The notes under the pieces: model-generated | What the model was told of the DNA's origin: nothing | Database searches by the model: none | Seen by the model: only the letters and a program-made list of their open reading frames with translations | Source: a bacterium | GTDB lineage: Bacteria; SAR324; NAC60-12 | Reading direction: 5' to 3' | Assembly: GCA_965209155.1 (NCBI GenBank) | Contig: OZ242383.1 | Coordinates: 3,040,001-3,104,000, forward strand | DNA: 64,000 nt | Translations under genes and position numbers: made by a program | Shown: piece by piece, positions 17,164-25,971 of the stretch | Layout of the letters: the number at the start of each line of letters is the position of its first letter | How positions within the stretch are numbered: the first letter of the stretch is position 1

Positions 17164-20100
17164 ATGCCCCTGAACCTGGATTTTTCTGCAGATGCGAACG
17201 TCGTTTCCACTATCGCCGAAGCGCATCGCCTGGCTTTCGGCCATCTCTTCAATCCCACCTACGCTACTGAAACCTCCCGGATCGATCCCCTTCCCCATCA
17301 ACGGATTGCCGTCTACGAACACATGTTGCCACAGTCCCCGCTTCGTTTTCTGTTAGCAGACGACGCGGGAGCCGGTAAGACGATCATGACGGGGCTGTAC
17401 GTGCGCGAAATGCTGTCGCGGCAACTCATTCATCGCGTACTCATCGTGCCACCTGCCGGCCTGGTGGGCAACTGGGAACGTGAATTGTGGAACCTGTTTC
17501 ACTTGCAATTCAATATCATCAGTGGCGCTGACGCGCGATCCGGTAATCCCTTTCTTGGTCCGGAAAGTGACCTGGTTATCGTCAGCATCGACACCCTGGC
17601 CGGTGAACGCCTATTCAGTCAACTCGAAGACCCAACGACCATAGCCTATGATCTCGTAGTTTTCGACGAGGCTCACAAGCTCTCCGCGAATCGTCTGCCG
17701 GATATGCGGGTTCGCAAAACAGACCGCTACAAACTGGCGGAAGCCATCGCGGGAGCCGGGAGCGGCAGTGAACCATGGACCCTGCGCTGGTCCGCTCAAA
17801 ACCTGCTGCTCTTGACGGCAACGCCTCACATGGGAAAGGACGAGCCCTATTATTACCTGTGGCGTTTGTTGTTGCCAGACGAGCTCTCGACATACGATGC
17901 ATTCGCCAGGATCTCCAAGGAGCACCAAAGGAAGCATTACATTCGCCGTACCAAGGAGGAGATGGTCCACTTTGATGGCTCCCCGCTCTATCCCCGGAGA
18001 TCCTGCAACACGATAAGCTACGAACTGACTCGAGGAGTGGGAAGCGAACAGGAACTATACGACGAAACGACGGACTACATCCGCAGTTACTACAACCGGG
18101 CCCGCTTCCTGAATCGATCCGCCGCCCGCCTGGCAATGAGCGTTTTCCAGCGCCGGCTTGCCAGCTCCACTTATGCCCTGGTGCGTTCTTTCGAGCGTCG
18201 CGAGGAAAAACTCAGGGGTTGGATCAACGACATTCGGAATGGTCGGCTCAGTGAGGAACGACTCGCGCAACAACAACGAATCCTTGATCAGCTTGATGAT
18301 CCTTTTGCAACGAGTACCGCTGATGAGGACAGCATAACTGGAGACGCCGGTGAACGACTCGAGGACTTCGAAGGCGGTCTCCTGGCCGGCACCGTCGCGG
18401 TCAGTCTCAGCGAACTCGAGACGGAACTTTCCCGGGTCGCGGAGTTGCTCGACCAGGCAAAGAAACTGGACAACGCCGGGGAAGAATCCAAGTTCGAGAA
18501 GCTCCGGGAAGTCCTCCAGGATCCCGAATATGCCGACCAGAAATTCATTATCTTCACTGAACATCGTGATACGGCGCATTTCCTGGTACGCCGGCTCGAA
18601 AGCCTTGGTTTCACCGGTCTGGTCTCCCTGATCCACGGTGGCTTACCATACCAGGAACGCGAGCGGCAAGTGGAGTTTTTCCGCAAACCCGTGGACGAGG
18701 GGGGAGCCAATTACCTGGTGGCCACCGACGCTGCCGGAGAGGGAATCAATCTCCAGTTTTGCTGGTTGATGGTGAATTACGACATCCCCTGGAATCCGGC
18801 GCGGCTCGAGCAGCGGATGGGAAGAATTCATCGCTATGGCCAGGAGCATGACCCGGTGATCATCATCAACCTGGTGGCGGGAAGCACTCGTGAAGGACGA
18901 GTTCTGAGGACCTTGCTCGACAAGCTCGAATCGATCCGCCAACAACTCCAGTCCGACAAGGTTTTCGACGTCATCGGCCGCCTCTTCCAGGACCTGTCTA
19001 TCAGCGATTACCTCGAACAGGCGCTCACGGAAGAAGACCCTGCGGCAGCGGCCGCACGATTGCAAGGCGACTTCACGCAGGAGCAGGTGAGCGCTCTTGA
19101 AGAAAAGGAACGCGCTCTGTTTGGAGAGGGAGGCGAAGTCCGTCGCAAACTGGCAAGTCTCAACGATCAGGCGGAGCAGGAAAGTTACCGGCGTCTTCTC
19201 CCCGGCTACGTACGACGATTCGTGGAGAAAGCGGCGCCTTTGCTCAATCTGCGGATCGAAGGAAACCTGGAGACAACCTTCACCCTGCTCCCGCAACGAC
19301 CCTGTGCGCTCGATCCGTTGTTACGGGCGTTTGAAATGTATCCCGAATCCGCCCGCGGTCACCTGACAGTGTCCAAGCCTCGAAACGACGAAGAGGCGAT
19401 CTGGATGCACCCCGGCGAACCACTCTTTGATCGAATCTCCTCCTTGATTTTAAGCCGCTTCGCAGACGAAGGACTGAAAGGCGCCGTGTTCATCGACCCT
19501 CACGCAGCCGAACCGTACCTGTTCCATATTGCCTTGGTTTCCGTTGAACGTTCTCACGGCCAGGACAACGCGGAGTCGATCGACCTGTTGAACAATGCGG
19601 GCGACGATGAAACAGGTGCCCGGGTTCCCAACCATTCGACCGAAATGGACCGTGGGATGCGAGTTGATTCCAGGTTGGTCGGTCTGCGTCAAAGGGAGGA
19701 CGGTACCTTTGAGGATTCTCCGGTTGAGCATTTGCTTCTGCTGCGGGGAACCCGGAATTTTGCGCCGGGCCGGGTGCCGCTTGCACGCCGAGCACGAAGT
19801 TTGGTATCCGCTGCGTATGATTTTGCTCGGGATGAAGTGGTGGAACGTATGGTAGAGTTCAACCAACAGCGAATTCTCGATGAATTACCGGCTCGTATGG
19901 AGCAGGTCCGTCGGGGCTTTGACCACCAGGCCGCGGAACTCGCGCAGGTCCGGAGCCGCATTAGCGAAAAAGCCCGCACTGGTGATCGAAAAGCGGCGGA
20001 AGAACTCTCCCGGATCAAGGAACGGCAGCGGAGTTTGAAGGCAGCCAAAACCCGTCGACTCGACGAACTGGCATCCGAACCGCATCTTATTCAGCCTGGT

Positions 20101-20652
20101 GCAGTCGAATTCCTTGCGCATGCCCTCGTGGTACCCGTCCAGAATCAAGAGGAAATCGAGCGTTACGATGCGGACGTTGAAGCGATCGCCATCAAATTTG
20201 CGGTTACATACGAGAAAAGCTTTGGCGCCGAGGTGAAGGACGTTTCACGTCCCGAACTCGCGCACCGTGCGGGGCTGACCGCCTGGCCCGGCTTCGATCT
20301 CCTGTCCCGCCGTCCTGCGAGCTCTCATGATCCTGTGGAAGGTTCCCGCACGATCGATCAAAAGATATCATGGACGCATTCCCGCCCGGTCGAGCCAAAT
20401 GTACGCTACGAGGAGCGAGCCATCGAAGTCAAGGGCCGTACCGGCACGGGTATCATCGAGATGAGCGATAATGAATGGACCAGGGCCTGCAATCTCCGTG
20501 ACCGGTACTGGCTTTACGTCGTTTTTGACTGCGCCACCCCACGCCCGCGTTTGCTGCGGGTGTGCAACCCCTTCGCCAGGCTGTTCACCCGAAGCCGTGA
20601 ATCTCAGGCCTTCACTTTCACCGCCAACTCGCTCTTGGAGATCGCCGAATAA
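17164..20652 (+). CDS. SNF2-family helicase with C-terminal DUF3883 (PD-(D/E)xK-like) nuclease
   Basis: LLADDAGAGKT, DEAH, TATPH, DAAGEGINLQ, EQRMGRIHRYGQ; C-terminal GFDLLS...IEVKG...NEW...YWLYVV. Confidence 0.9.
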   Translation: MPLNLDFSADANVVSTIAEAHRLAFGHLFNPTYATETSRIDPLPHQRIAVYEHMLPQSPLRFLLADDAGAGKTIMTGLYVREMLSRQLIHRVLIVPPAGLVGNWERELWNLFHLQFNIISGADARSGNPFLGPESDLVIVSIDTLAGERLFSQLEDPTTIAYDLVVFDEAHKLSANRLPDMRVRKTDRYKLAEAIAGAGSGSEPWTLRWSAQNLLLLTATPHMGKDEPYYYLWRLLLPDELSTYDAFARISKEHQRKHYIRRTKEEMVHFDGSPLYPRRSCNTISYELTRGVGSEQELYDETTDYIRSYYNRARFLNRSAARLAMSVFQRRLASSTYALVRSFERREEKLRGWINDIRNGRLSEERLAQQQRILDQLDDPFATSTADEDSITGDAGERLEDFEGGLLAGTVAVSLSELETELSRVAELLDQAKKLDNAGEESKFEKLREVLQDPEYADQKFIIFTEHRDTAHFLVRRLESLGFTGLVSLIHGGLPYQERERQVEFFRKPVDEGGANYLVATDAAGEGINLQFCWLMVNYDIPWNPARLEQRMGRIHRYGQEHDPVIIINLVAGSTREGRVLRTLLDKLESIRQQLQSDKVFDVIGRLFQDLSISDYLEQALTEEDPAAAAARLQGDFTQEQVSALEEKERALFGEGGEVRRKLASLNDQAEQESYRRLLPGYVRRFVEKAAPLLNLRIEGNLETTFTLLPQRPCALDPLLRAFEMYPESARGHLTVSKPRNDEEAIWMHPGEPLFDRISSLILSRFADEGLKGAVFIDPHAAEPYLFHIALVSVERSHGQDNAESIDLLNNAGDDETGARVPNHSTEMDRGMRVDSRLVGLRQREDGTFEDSPVEHLLLLRGTRNFAPGRVPLARRARSLVSAAYDFARDEVVERMVEFNQQRILDELPARMEQVRRGFDHQAAELAQVRSRISEKARTGDRKAAEELSRIKERQRSLKAAKTRRLDELASEPHLIQPGAVEFLAHALVVPVQNQEEIERYDADVEAIAIKFAVTYEKSFGAEVKDVSRPELAHRAGLTAWPGFDLLSRRPASSHDPVEGSRTIDQKISWTHSRPVEPNVRYEERAIEVKGRTGTGIIEMSDNEWTRACNLRDRYWLYVVFDCATPRPRLLRVCNPFARLFTRSRESQAFTFTANSLLEIAE

Positions 20653-20993
20653 AACCGAATGGCAAAGTGAAATGAAAGGAACGCGCGTGATACCGTTTTT
20701 ATTGCAGTCGTATCCCGAATTCAATGGACAAGTTTGACGATCACTCGTATGTTATATGTATATCAATACTGGAAACAGTGAGGTTCGAATTCGAAGGTTC
20801 TGCATACCATTATTCTTGCTGGCATGAACGCCGCCGTGTTTCCCGACGAGATCCTCAGTTTTCTCGCGAATTACCTGGTGGAGAAGTTGCGCCACGGAGT
20901 GCCTCACATGAATGCGGTTCGGCATTGAAAAATCTACGGTTTGTCAAATAGTTTGAAGAAATACCTGAGTATACCGAAGGAAAGGTTAATAAA

Positions 20994-21383
20994 ATGGGAG
21001 CAACGCACGTCACCGTTACCATTCGGAATCCGGCTGAACCGGACAGAAGTTGGGAAGAGCTGTTCCTGGTCGATACGGGAGCGACCGATTCGCTCGTGCC
21101 CAGAGCACACCTGGAAGCCATCGGTCTCAAGCCCAAAGGCCAGCGGGTATATGAACTGGCCGATGGTCGTCAGATCAAAATGGATATTACGACCGCGGAC
21201 ATTGAATTCATGGGCGAAATCGTCGGTGGAACGATTTTATTCGGCGAGGCGAATGCCGAGCCGCTGTTGGGTGTCACCGCCTTGGAATCAGTGGGTATCG
21301 AAGTCGACCCGAGCAACCAACGTTTGAAAAGACGGTCCGCCGTGCGGCTCAAGAGTCTCGAACAAAAAATTAAGAATATTTGA
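20994..21383 (+). CDS. Clan AA (retropepsin-like) aspartic protease
   Basis: FLVDTGATDS catalytic motif and LLGVTALE. Confidence 0.85.
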   Translation: MGATHVTVTIRNPAEPDRSWEELFLVDTGATDSLVPRAHLEAIGLKPKGQRVYELADGRQIKMDITTADIEFMGEIVGGTILFGEANAEPLLGVTALESVGIEVDPSNQRLKRRSAVRLKSLEQKIKNI

Positions 21384-21480
21384 TTCATGAAAAGCGAGAT
21401 ATAGGTAAGATAGAAGTCACAAACAGGTCGAATGCCTCATTCAAAAAAGTACACACTTCTCCGCAACAGATAGGTTTGAG

Positions 21481-22692
21481 ATGACTGACGAACTCCTCTC
21501 CAACTCTCAGAGACTGACTACCGACAAAGATCACATATTGGAACAATCAAAACAGGATCAAGTCCCAATAACGCAGTCTAAATACGATATCGAATCCGAT
21601 CCGGACAGTGGCCTCGAGACCGAAAAAGACGATTTGGAAATAAAAATCGAACGTCCTTTTGATCCCGAAAAAATTAAAGTACGGACAACCAATATCGTCG
21701 TGGAATTGCTGGTTTCGAGACTCTCATATAAAGAGATCGATCTGGAGCCCGACTTTCAGCGTTTGTCTGTATGGAATGAACGGCAGAGATGCCAGTTGAT
21801 AGAATCCCTTCTCTTGCGCATTCCCATCCCTGTTTTCTATGTGGCTGCGGATGAGCAAGAAAATTGGGCCGTCGTCGACGGAGTTCAGCGCATGTCGACC
21901 ATTTATGATTACGTGAAAGATGAATTTCCCCTTAAACAACTCGAGTATCTCTCTCAATTCGAAGTACGGAAATACAGCGAACTTCCGCGACCGATGCAAC
22001 GGCGGATTGTGGAGACTCAACTGGTCGTGAATATCATAGATCCGAGCACGCCAGAAGACGTAATGTTCAACATTTTCCGGCGCATCAACACGGGTGGTGT
22101 GAAATTGAACGGGCAGGAAATTCGTAACGCTCTGTATCGCGGTCCCATCCGGCAATATCTGAAAGAACTCGCAGAAAGCGAGGAATTCCTCTTGGCCACA
22201 GATCGTTCGATCAAAAAAAACAGAATGGCCGATCGCGAATGCGTTTTGCGCTTCCTTGCCTTTTACATAGGCCGCTGGGAAGACTATGACGCCAGTAAAC
22301 TGGATAATATTCTAAACCGGACCATGACGAAGATCAATGAAATGACTCCAGAACAACGGGACGCCATCTCCGAGGATTTCAAAAAAGCGATGTCGGTCGC
22401 TCGCATCATTTTTGGTAAGAATGCGTTTCGTAGGCGTTACAAGCGGGATGATTTCCGTCGTCCTCCGGTCAGCAAGGCATTGTTCGAAGCCTGGAGCGTT
22501 CAATTGGCGCGCTGCTCACCCGAACAGATCAAATCGCTTCGCAAAAAACGGGAGGAGGTTAATGATCGGTTCATCACGCTAATGAATGAAGACAATGAGT
22601 TCGATAACGCGATCTCATATTCTACCGGATTACCCGAGCGCGTTAAAAAACGCTTCAGCACGATCGAAAAGTTGGTTGGGGAGATGGTATAA
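21481..22692 (+). CDS. DUF262 (ParB-like) protein, Menshen NsnA-like
   Basis: PDFQR..VW, LIESLLLRIPIP, VVDGVQR, FRRINTGG. Confidence 0.85.
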   Translation: MTDELLSNSQRLTTDKDHILEQSKQDQVPITQSKYDIESDPDSGLETEKDDLEIKIERPFDPEKIKVRTTNIVVELLVSRLSYKEIDLEPDFQRLSVWNERQRCQLIESLLLRIPIPVFYVAADEQENWAVVDGVQRMSTIYDYVKDEFPLKQLEYLSQFEVRKYSELPRPMQRRIVETQLVVNIIDPSTPEDVMFNIFRRINTGGVKLNGQEIRNALYRGPIRQYLKELAESEEFLLATDRSIKKNRMADRECVLRFLAFYIGRWEDYDASKLDNILNRTMTKINEMTPEQRDAISEDFKKAMSVARIIFGKNAFRRRYKRDDFRRPPVSKALFEAWSVQLARCSPEQIKSLRKKREEVNDRFITLMNEDNEFDNAISYSTGLPERVKKRFSTIEKLVGEMV

Positions 22693-23816
22693 TGCTCAGC
22701 ATGATCAAACTGTTGAATTTCAAGTGCTTCCAAAGTCTGGAGTTGAGTTGCGCACCGCTTACGCTCTTGTGTGGCTTGAATGGTATGGGAAAAAGTAGCG
22801 TGATTCAGGCGTTACTTATCCTGCGACAATCGTTTTTTTCGGGAGACCTGACTGACGGTAAGTTAGTCTTGGGTGGAGAACTCGTGGACCTCGGGACCGG
22901 CGTGGACGTGCTTTTTGAAGGCGCGGATAGTGATAGCGTCGGATTTGAGCTCCATAGTGACAAAATTTCGACCCCATGGTCACTCGCATTCGATTATTCG
23001 AAAGCTACCGATCAATTATCTGTCGTGTCCAGTGATCCGAATCGGACAACTCCTTTGATGCCGGAATTATGGCGTGAAGTCCCGCCTTTCGTGAGCTTGG
23101 TCTATATTGATGCGGAACGGATCGGCCCTCGAAAAATCTATCCACTTTCGGAAACCCAGGGTCGCCGAAGCGACTTTGGAGTGGGTAATGAATACGCGTT
23201 GAACTACTTGAACCTGCATCAGGACGAGCGATTGCCGGATGAAGACCCACGTTTCCCCGGCGCTCGCAGTAGCCGTTTGATCAGGGTCGTCAATCGGTGG
23301 TTACAGGAAGTAACTCCGGGCGTCGAACTGCAGCTTGAAACCGTTTCCGCTGCTGATGCCCTGATCGCTGGTTTTTCATTCGATCGACCGGGAGATGTTG
23401 CAACGCGGCGTTATCGCACGACAAACGTGGGATTCGGTCTATCATATACATTGCCGGTGTTGCTCGCTCTACTAGCGCCTGCGGGTACGTTATGCTTGAT
23501 AGAGAATCCCGAGGCGCACCTGCACCCACGTGGGCAGACCAAACTGGCGGAGCTTGCGGTACGCGCTTCCCTGGCAGGCGTTCAGGTAATCGTCGAAACC
23601 CACAGCGACCACTTCATGGACGGAGTTCGTATTTCTGTCAGAGAGGGACTGATCCCTCCGCAAGGAGTTGCATTCCACTACTTTGAGCGCAAGGGTGGCA
23701 TGACCGTCGTTTCCTCACCGCAAGTCGATACGGATGGGCGTTTGTCGTCATGGCCTTCCGGTTTCTTTGACCAGCACGAAGAAAATCTGGCGAAACTCCT
23801 TGCCCCGAGGTCCTGA
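22692..23816 (+). CDS. ABC-type AAA ATPase with DUF3696, Menshen NsnB-like
   Basis: GLNGMGKSS, NVGFGLSY, IENPEAHLHP, ETHSDH, WPSGFFDQ. Confidence 0.85.
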   Translation: MLSMIKLLNFKCFQSLELSCAPLTLLCGLNGMGKSSVIQALLILRQSFFSGDLTDGKLVLGGELVDLGTGVDVLFEGADSDSVGFELHSDKISTPWSLAFDYSKATDQLSVVSSDPNRTTPLMPELWREVPPFVSLVYIDAERIGPRKIYPLSETQGRRSDFGVGNEYALNYLNLHQDERLPDEDPRFPGARSSRLIRVVNRWLQEVTPGVELQLETVSAADALIAGFSFDRPGDVATRRYRTTNVGFGLSYTLPVLLALLAPAGTLCLIENPEAHLHPRGQTKLAELAVRASLAGVQVIVETHSDHFMDGVRISVREGLIPPQGVAFHYFERKGGMTVVSSPQVDTDGRLSSWPSGFFDQHEENLAKLLAPRS

Positions 23817-23817
23817 C

Positions 23818-24741
23818 ATGCGCGAGATGGTTCTTAATCATGCGAGCATTGTGTCACCCGATGTGAGCACGGCCGTTGACTGGTTGAAAGACGTAGGTAG
23901 CGGTATGGCTCAACTCACTACCAAAAGGGTAGTAGCATCAAGTCTGAGGATGTGCCGTCTCCCATCCGAGATCAACTGTGTACCCGGTTATTCATTATGG
24001 GATGTTTACCAGGAGTTACGAAAAAACGGGGATCGGGACACTTACGGATTCCTCATGCGTCTGAGTACAAAAATTCCGTTGCTGAGCGACTTCGAACTGG
24101 ATTTCAAGGATCGGTTTCTTGCTTGTGAGGCAACAGATTTGTCAGCGGAAGATGGAGAACCGTTGGTCCTGTGTGCCATCACCGACTGGATCGCCGTCGG
24201 GTTTCCATCGGCTCCGGGTTGGGACCACGACTGCCTCGAAATTAGCTTCAACGAGTTACTACCCGACGACAGCATTGAGGAATCCTCTGAAACAATAGAC
24301 AATCTCACTCGATCCGTTCATGCTCTGTCGATTTGCGAGCAACGCCAGGCAATCCTTCTGCGATGTCAGAGTCCCTCGTCATTGTGGGAGCGCAGGGAAG
24401 AGGCGTTTCCGAATCTTGTTTTTGGTCCGGATGTAAAAATAGAACGGAAGTTTTTTGGGTCTACTGTCAAAAAGTTAATTGCTCTGGACGAATCGGCCGC
24501 CGAATGGCGCAAAGTGGGAGGGAGCGTGCCTCCATGGACTTGTACGGTAACACCCGAAACCGTCAACTTGATGAATAATCCTAAACTCCGTGAGACGCGT
24601 CGATTCAAATCACAGGGTGGTACGCGAGAATTATTCGAATGGCACGCCAAATTCAGCAATGGCCGACGCATTCACCTTCGTTTCAACGCGGACTCACGAA
24701 AAATCGAAATTGGGTACATAGGTCCCCATCTGCCAATCTGA
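23818..24741 (+). CDS. Putative effector, Menshen NsnC-like (RelE-like C-terminus)
   Basis: Starts 2 nt after the NsnB-like stop. C-terminal FEWHAK...RIHL...IGYIGPHLP. Confidence 0.65.
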   Translation: MREMVLNHASIVSPDVSTAVDWLKDVGSGMAQLTTKRVVASSLRMCRLPSEINCVPGYSLWDVYQELRKNGDRDTYGFLMRLSTKIPLLSDFELDFKDRFLACEATDLSAEDGEPLVLCAITDWIAVGFPSAPGWDHDCLEISFNELLPDDSIEESSETIDNLTRSVHALSICEQRQAILLRCQSPSSLWERREEAFPNLVFGPDVKIERKFFGSTVKKLIALDESAAEWRKVGGSVPPWTCTVTPETVNLMNNPKLRETRRFKSQGGTRELFEWHAKFSNGRRIHLRFNADSRKIEIGYIGPHLPI

Positions 24742-25028
24742 GGTATCAGATTCCACCACCAATTCAGTTCGGAACAACAAGAATATAGGCCTGTGATTGA
24801 TAACATACGTCTCTTCGAAACTGCCCTCACGAATAGGAGAACAACAGATCAAGGATGGATGAAACTTCAGAGTTATAACAATTGCAGGCATTCAATCGAG
24901 TCTGACGCTGAGCTTTCCGCGATCCTATTTGAAAGTTGAAGTAACCCTCGGAGTTTGTAAGGAAATGGGATTGGATGGAGAGTCGGCTTCATGACAACAT
25001 AACTTTAACAAATCATACGGAGGCCCAA

Positions 25029-25787
25029 ATGCCGACATGTTTTGTAATTCAACCGTTCGACTTTGACAAGTACGACAAGAGATTCGAAGACATCTTCAAA
25101 CCGGCCTTAGAGCAAGCAGGTTTCGAAGCATATCGTGTTGATCAAGATCCTTCTGTTGAGGTACCAATCAATTCCATCGAAGATCGCATTCGTGACGCAA
25201 CTATTTGCCTGGCGGATATAACCACAAATAACCCAAATGTATGGTATGAACTGGGGTTTGCATTTGCTTCGGGTCGTTCCGTAATCATGGTTTGCTCGGA
25301 CGAGCGGCCAGAAGGTGGATTTCCATTCGACATTCAACACCGTACCGTAATCAAATACAGCGCTGATTCGCCGAGCGATTTCGAAAAGCTTAAGAATGAC
25401 ATCACGGAACGAGCAAAGGCCCTGGTCCAGAAAGGTGAAACTATAAAATTTATCGAATCTGAAAAACTGACACCACGAGAAGGACTAAGTCAGATTGAAA
25501 TGCAAGTCCTTGCCATCGCTGCCGCAAACAATTCTATTCCAGGAGACACGACGTACGTTCATTCTCTGAAGAGAGACTTGGAAAGTTCGGGATTGACAGA
25601 TGTCGGTTTTGGAGTGGGGATTCGGAGACTTGAGAAAAAGGGGCTTATCGAATTAGAGTGGTATGAAGACTATCGTGGAAACTCCTTTCAAACAGTGGCT
25701 CTCAGCGAGAAAGGTTGGGATTGGATCAGCAGTAACGACTCGCTGTTCGATTTGATCAAGAGAGAGCAATCCAGAAAATTTCGATGA
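25029..25787 (+). CDS. Nucleoside 2-deoxyribosyltransferase-like domain plus C-terminal wHTH
   Basis: CFVIQPF, YRVD, CLADIT..NPNVWYELGFA, PFDIQH; GGAGG RBS. Confidence 0.75.
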   Translation: MPTCFVIQPFDFDKYDKRFEDIFKPALEQAGFEAYRVDQDPSVEVPINSIEDRIRDATICLADITTNNPNVWYELGFAFASGRSVIMVCSDERPEGGFPFDIQHRTVIKYSADSPSDFEKLKNDITERAKALVQKGETIKFIESEKLTPREGLSQIEMQVLAIAAANNSIPGDTTYVHSLKRDLESSGLTDVGFGVGIRRLEKKGLIELEWYEDYRGNSFQTVALSEKGWDWISSNDSLFDLIKREQSRKFR

Positions 25788-25971
25788 TGAACTTCCTTTC
25801 TAATAGAATTCGGAGATAAGAGTTTACCAACAAACGTCTTATAGAAGTGGCATTTCAACCCAAGTGATTTTCAGGACTTGGCGCCCGCAAAGAAAAGGTG
25901 ACATGCGCACGTTTTGACATTTTGAACGTTTAAACAAAGAAGCATCAGAAATTTAATTGAAGTATTCAGCA

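Noticed and set aside
20768..20800. tRNA-like GGTTCGAATTC as an island attachment site
   Set aside because: No cloverleaf, acceptor stem or CCA can be built around it.
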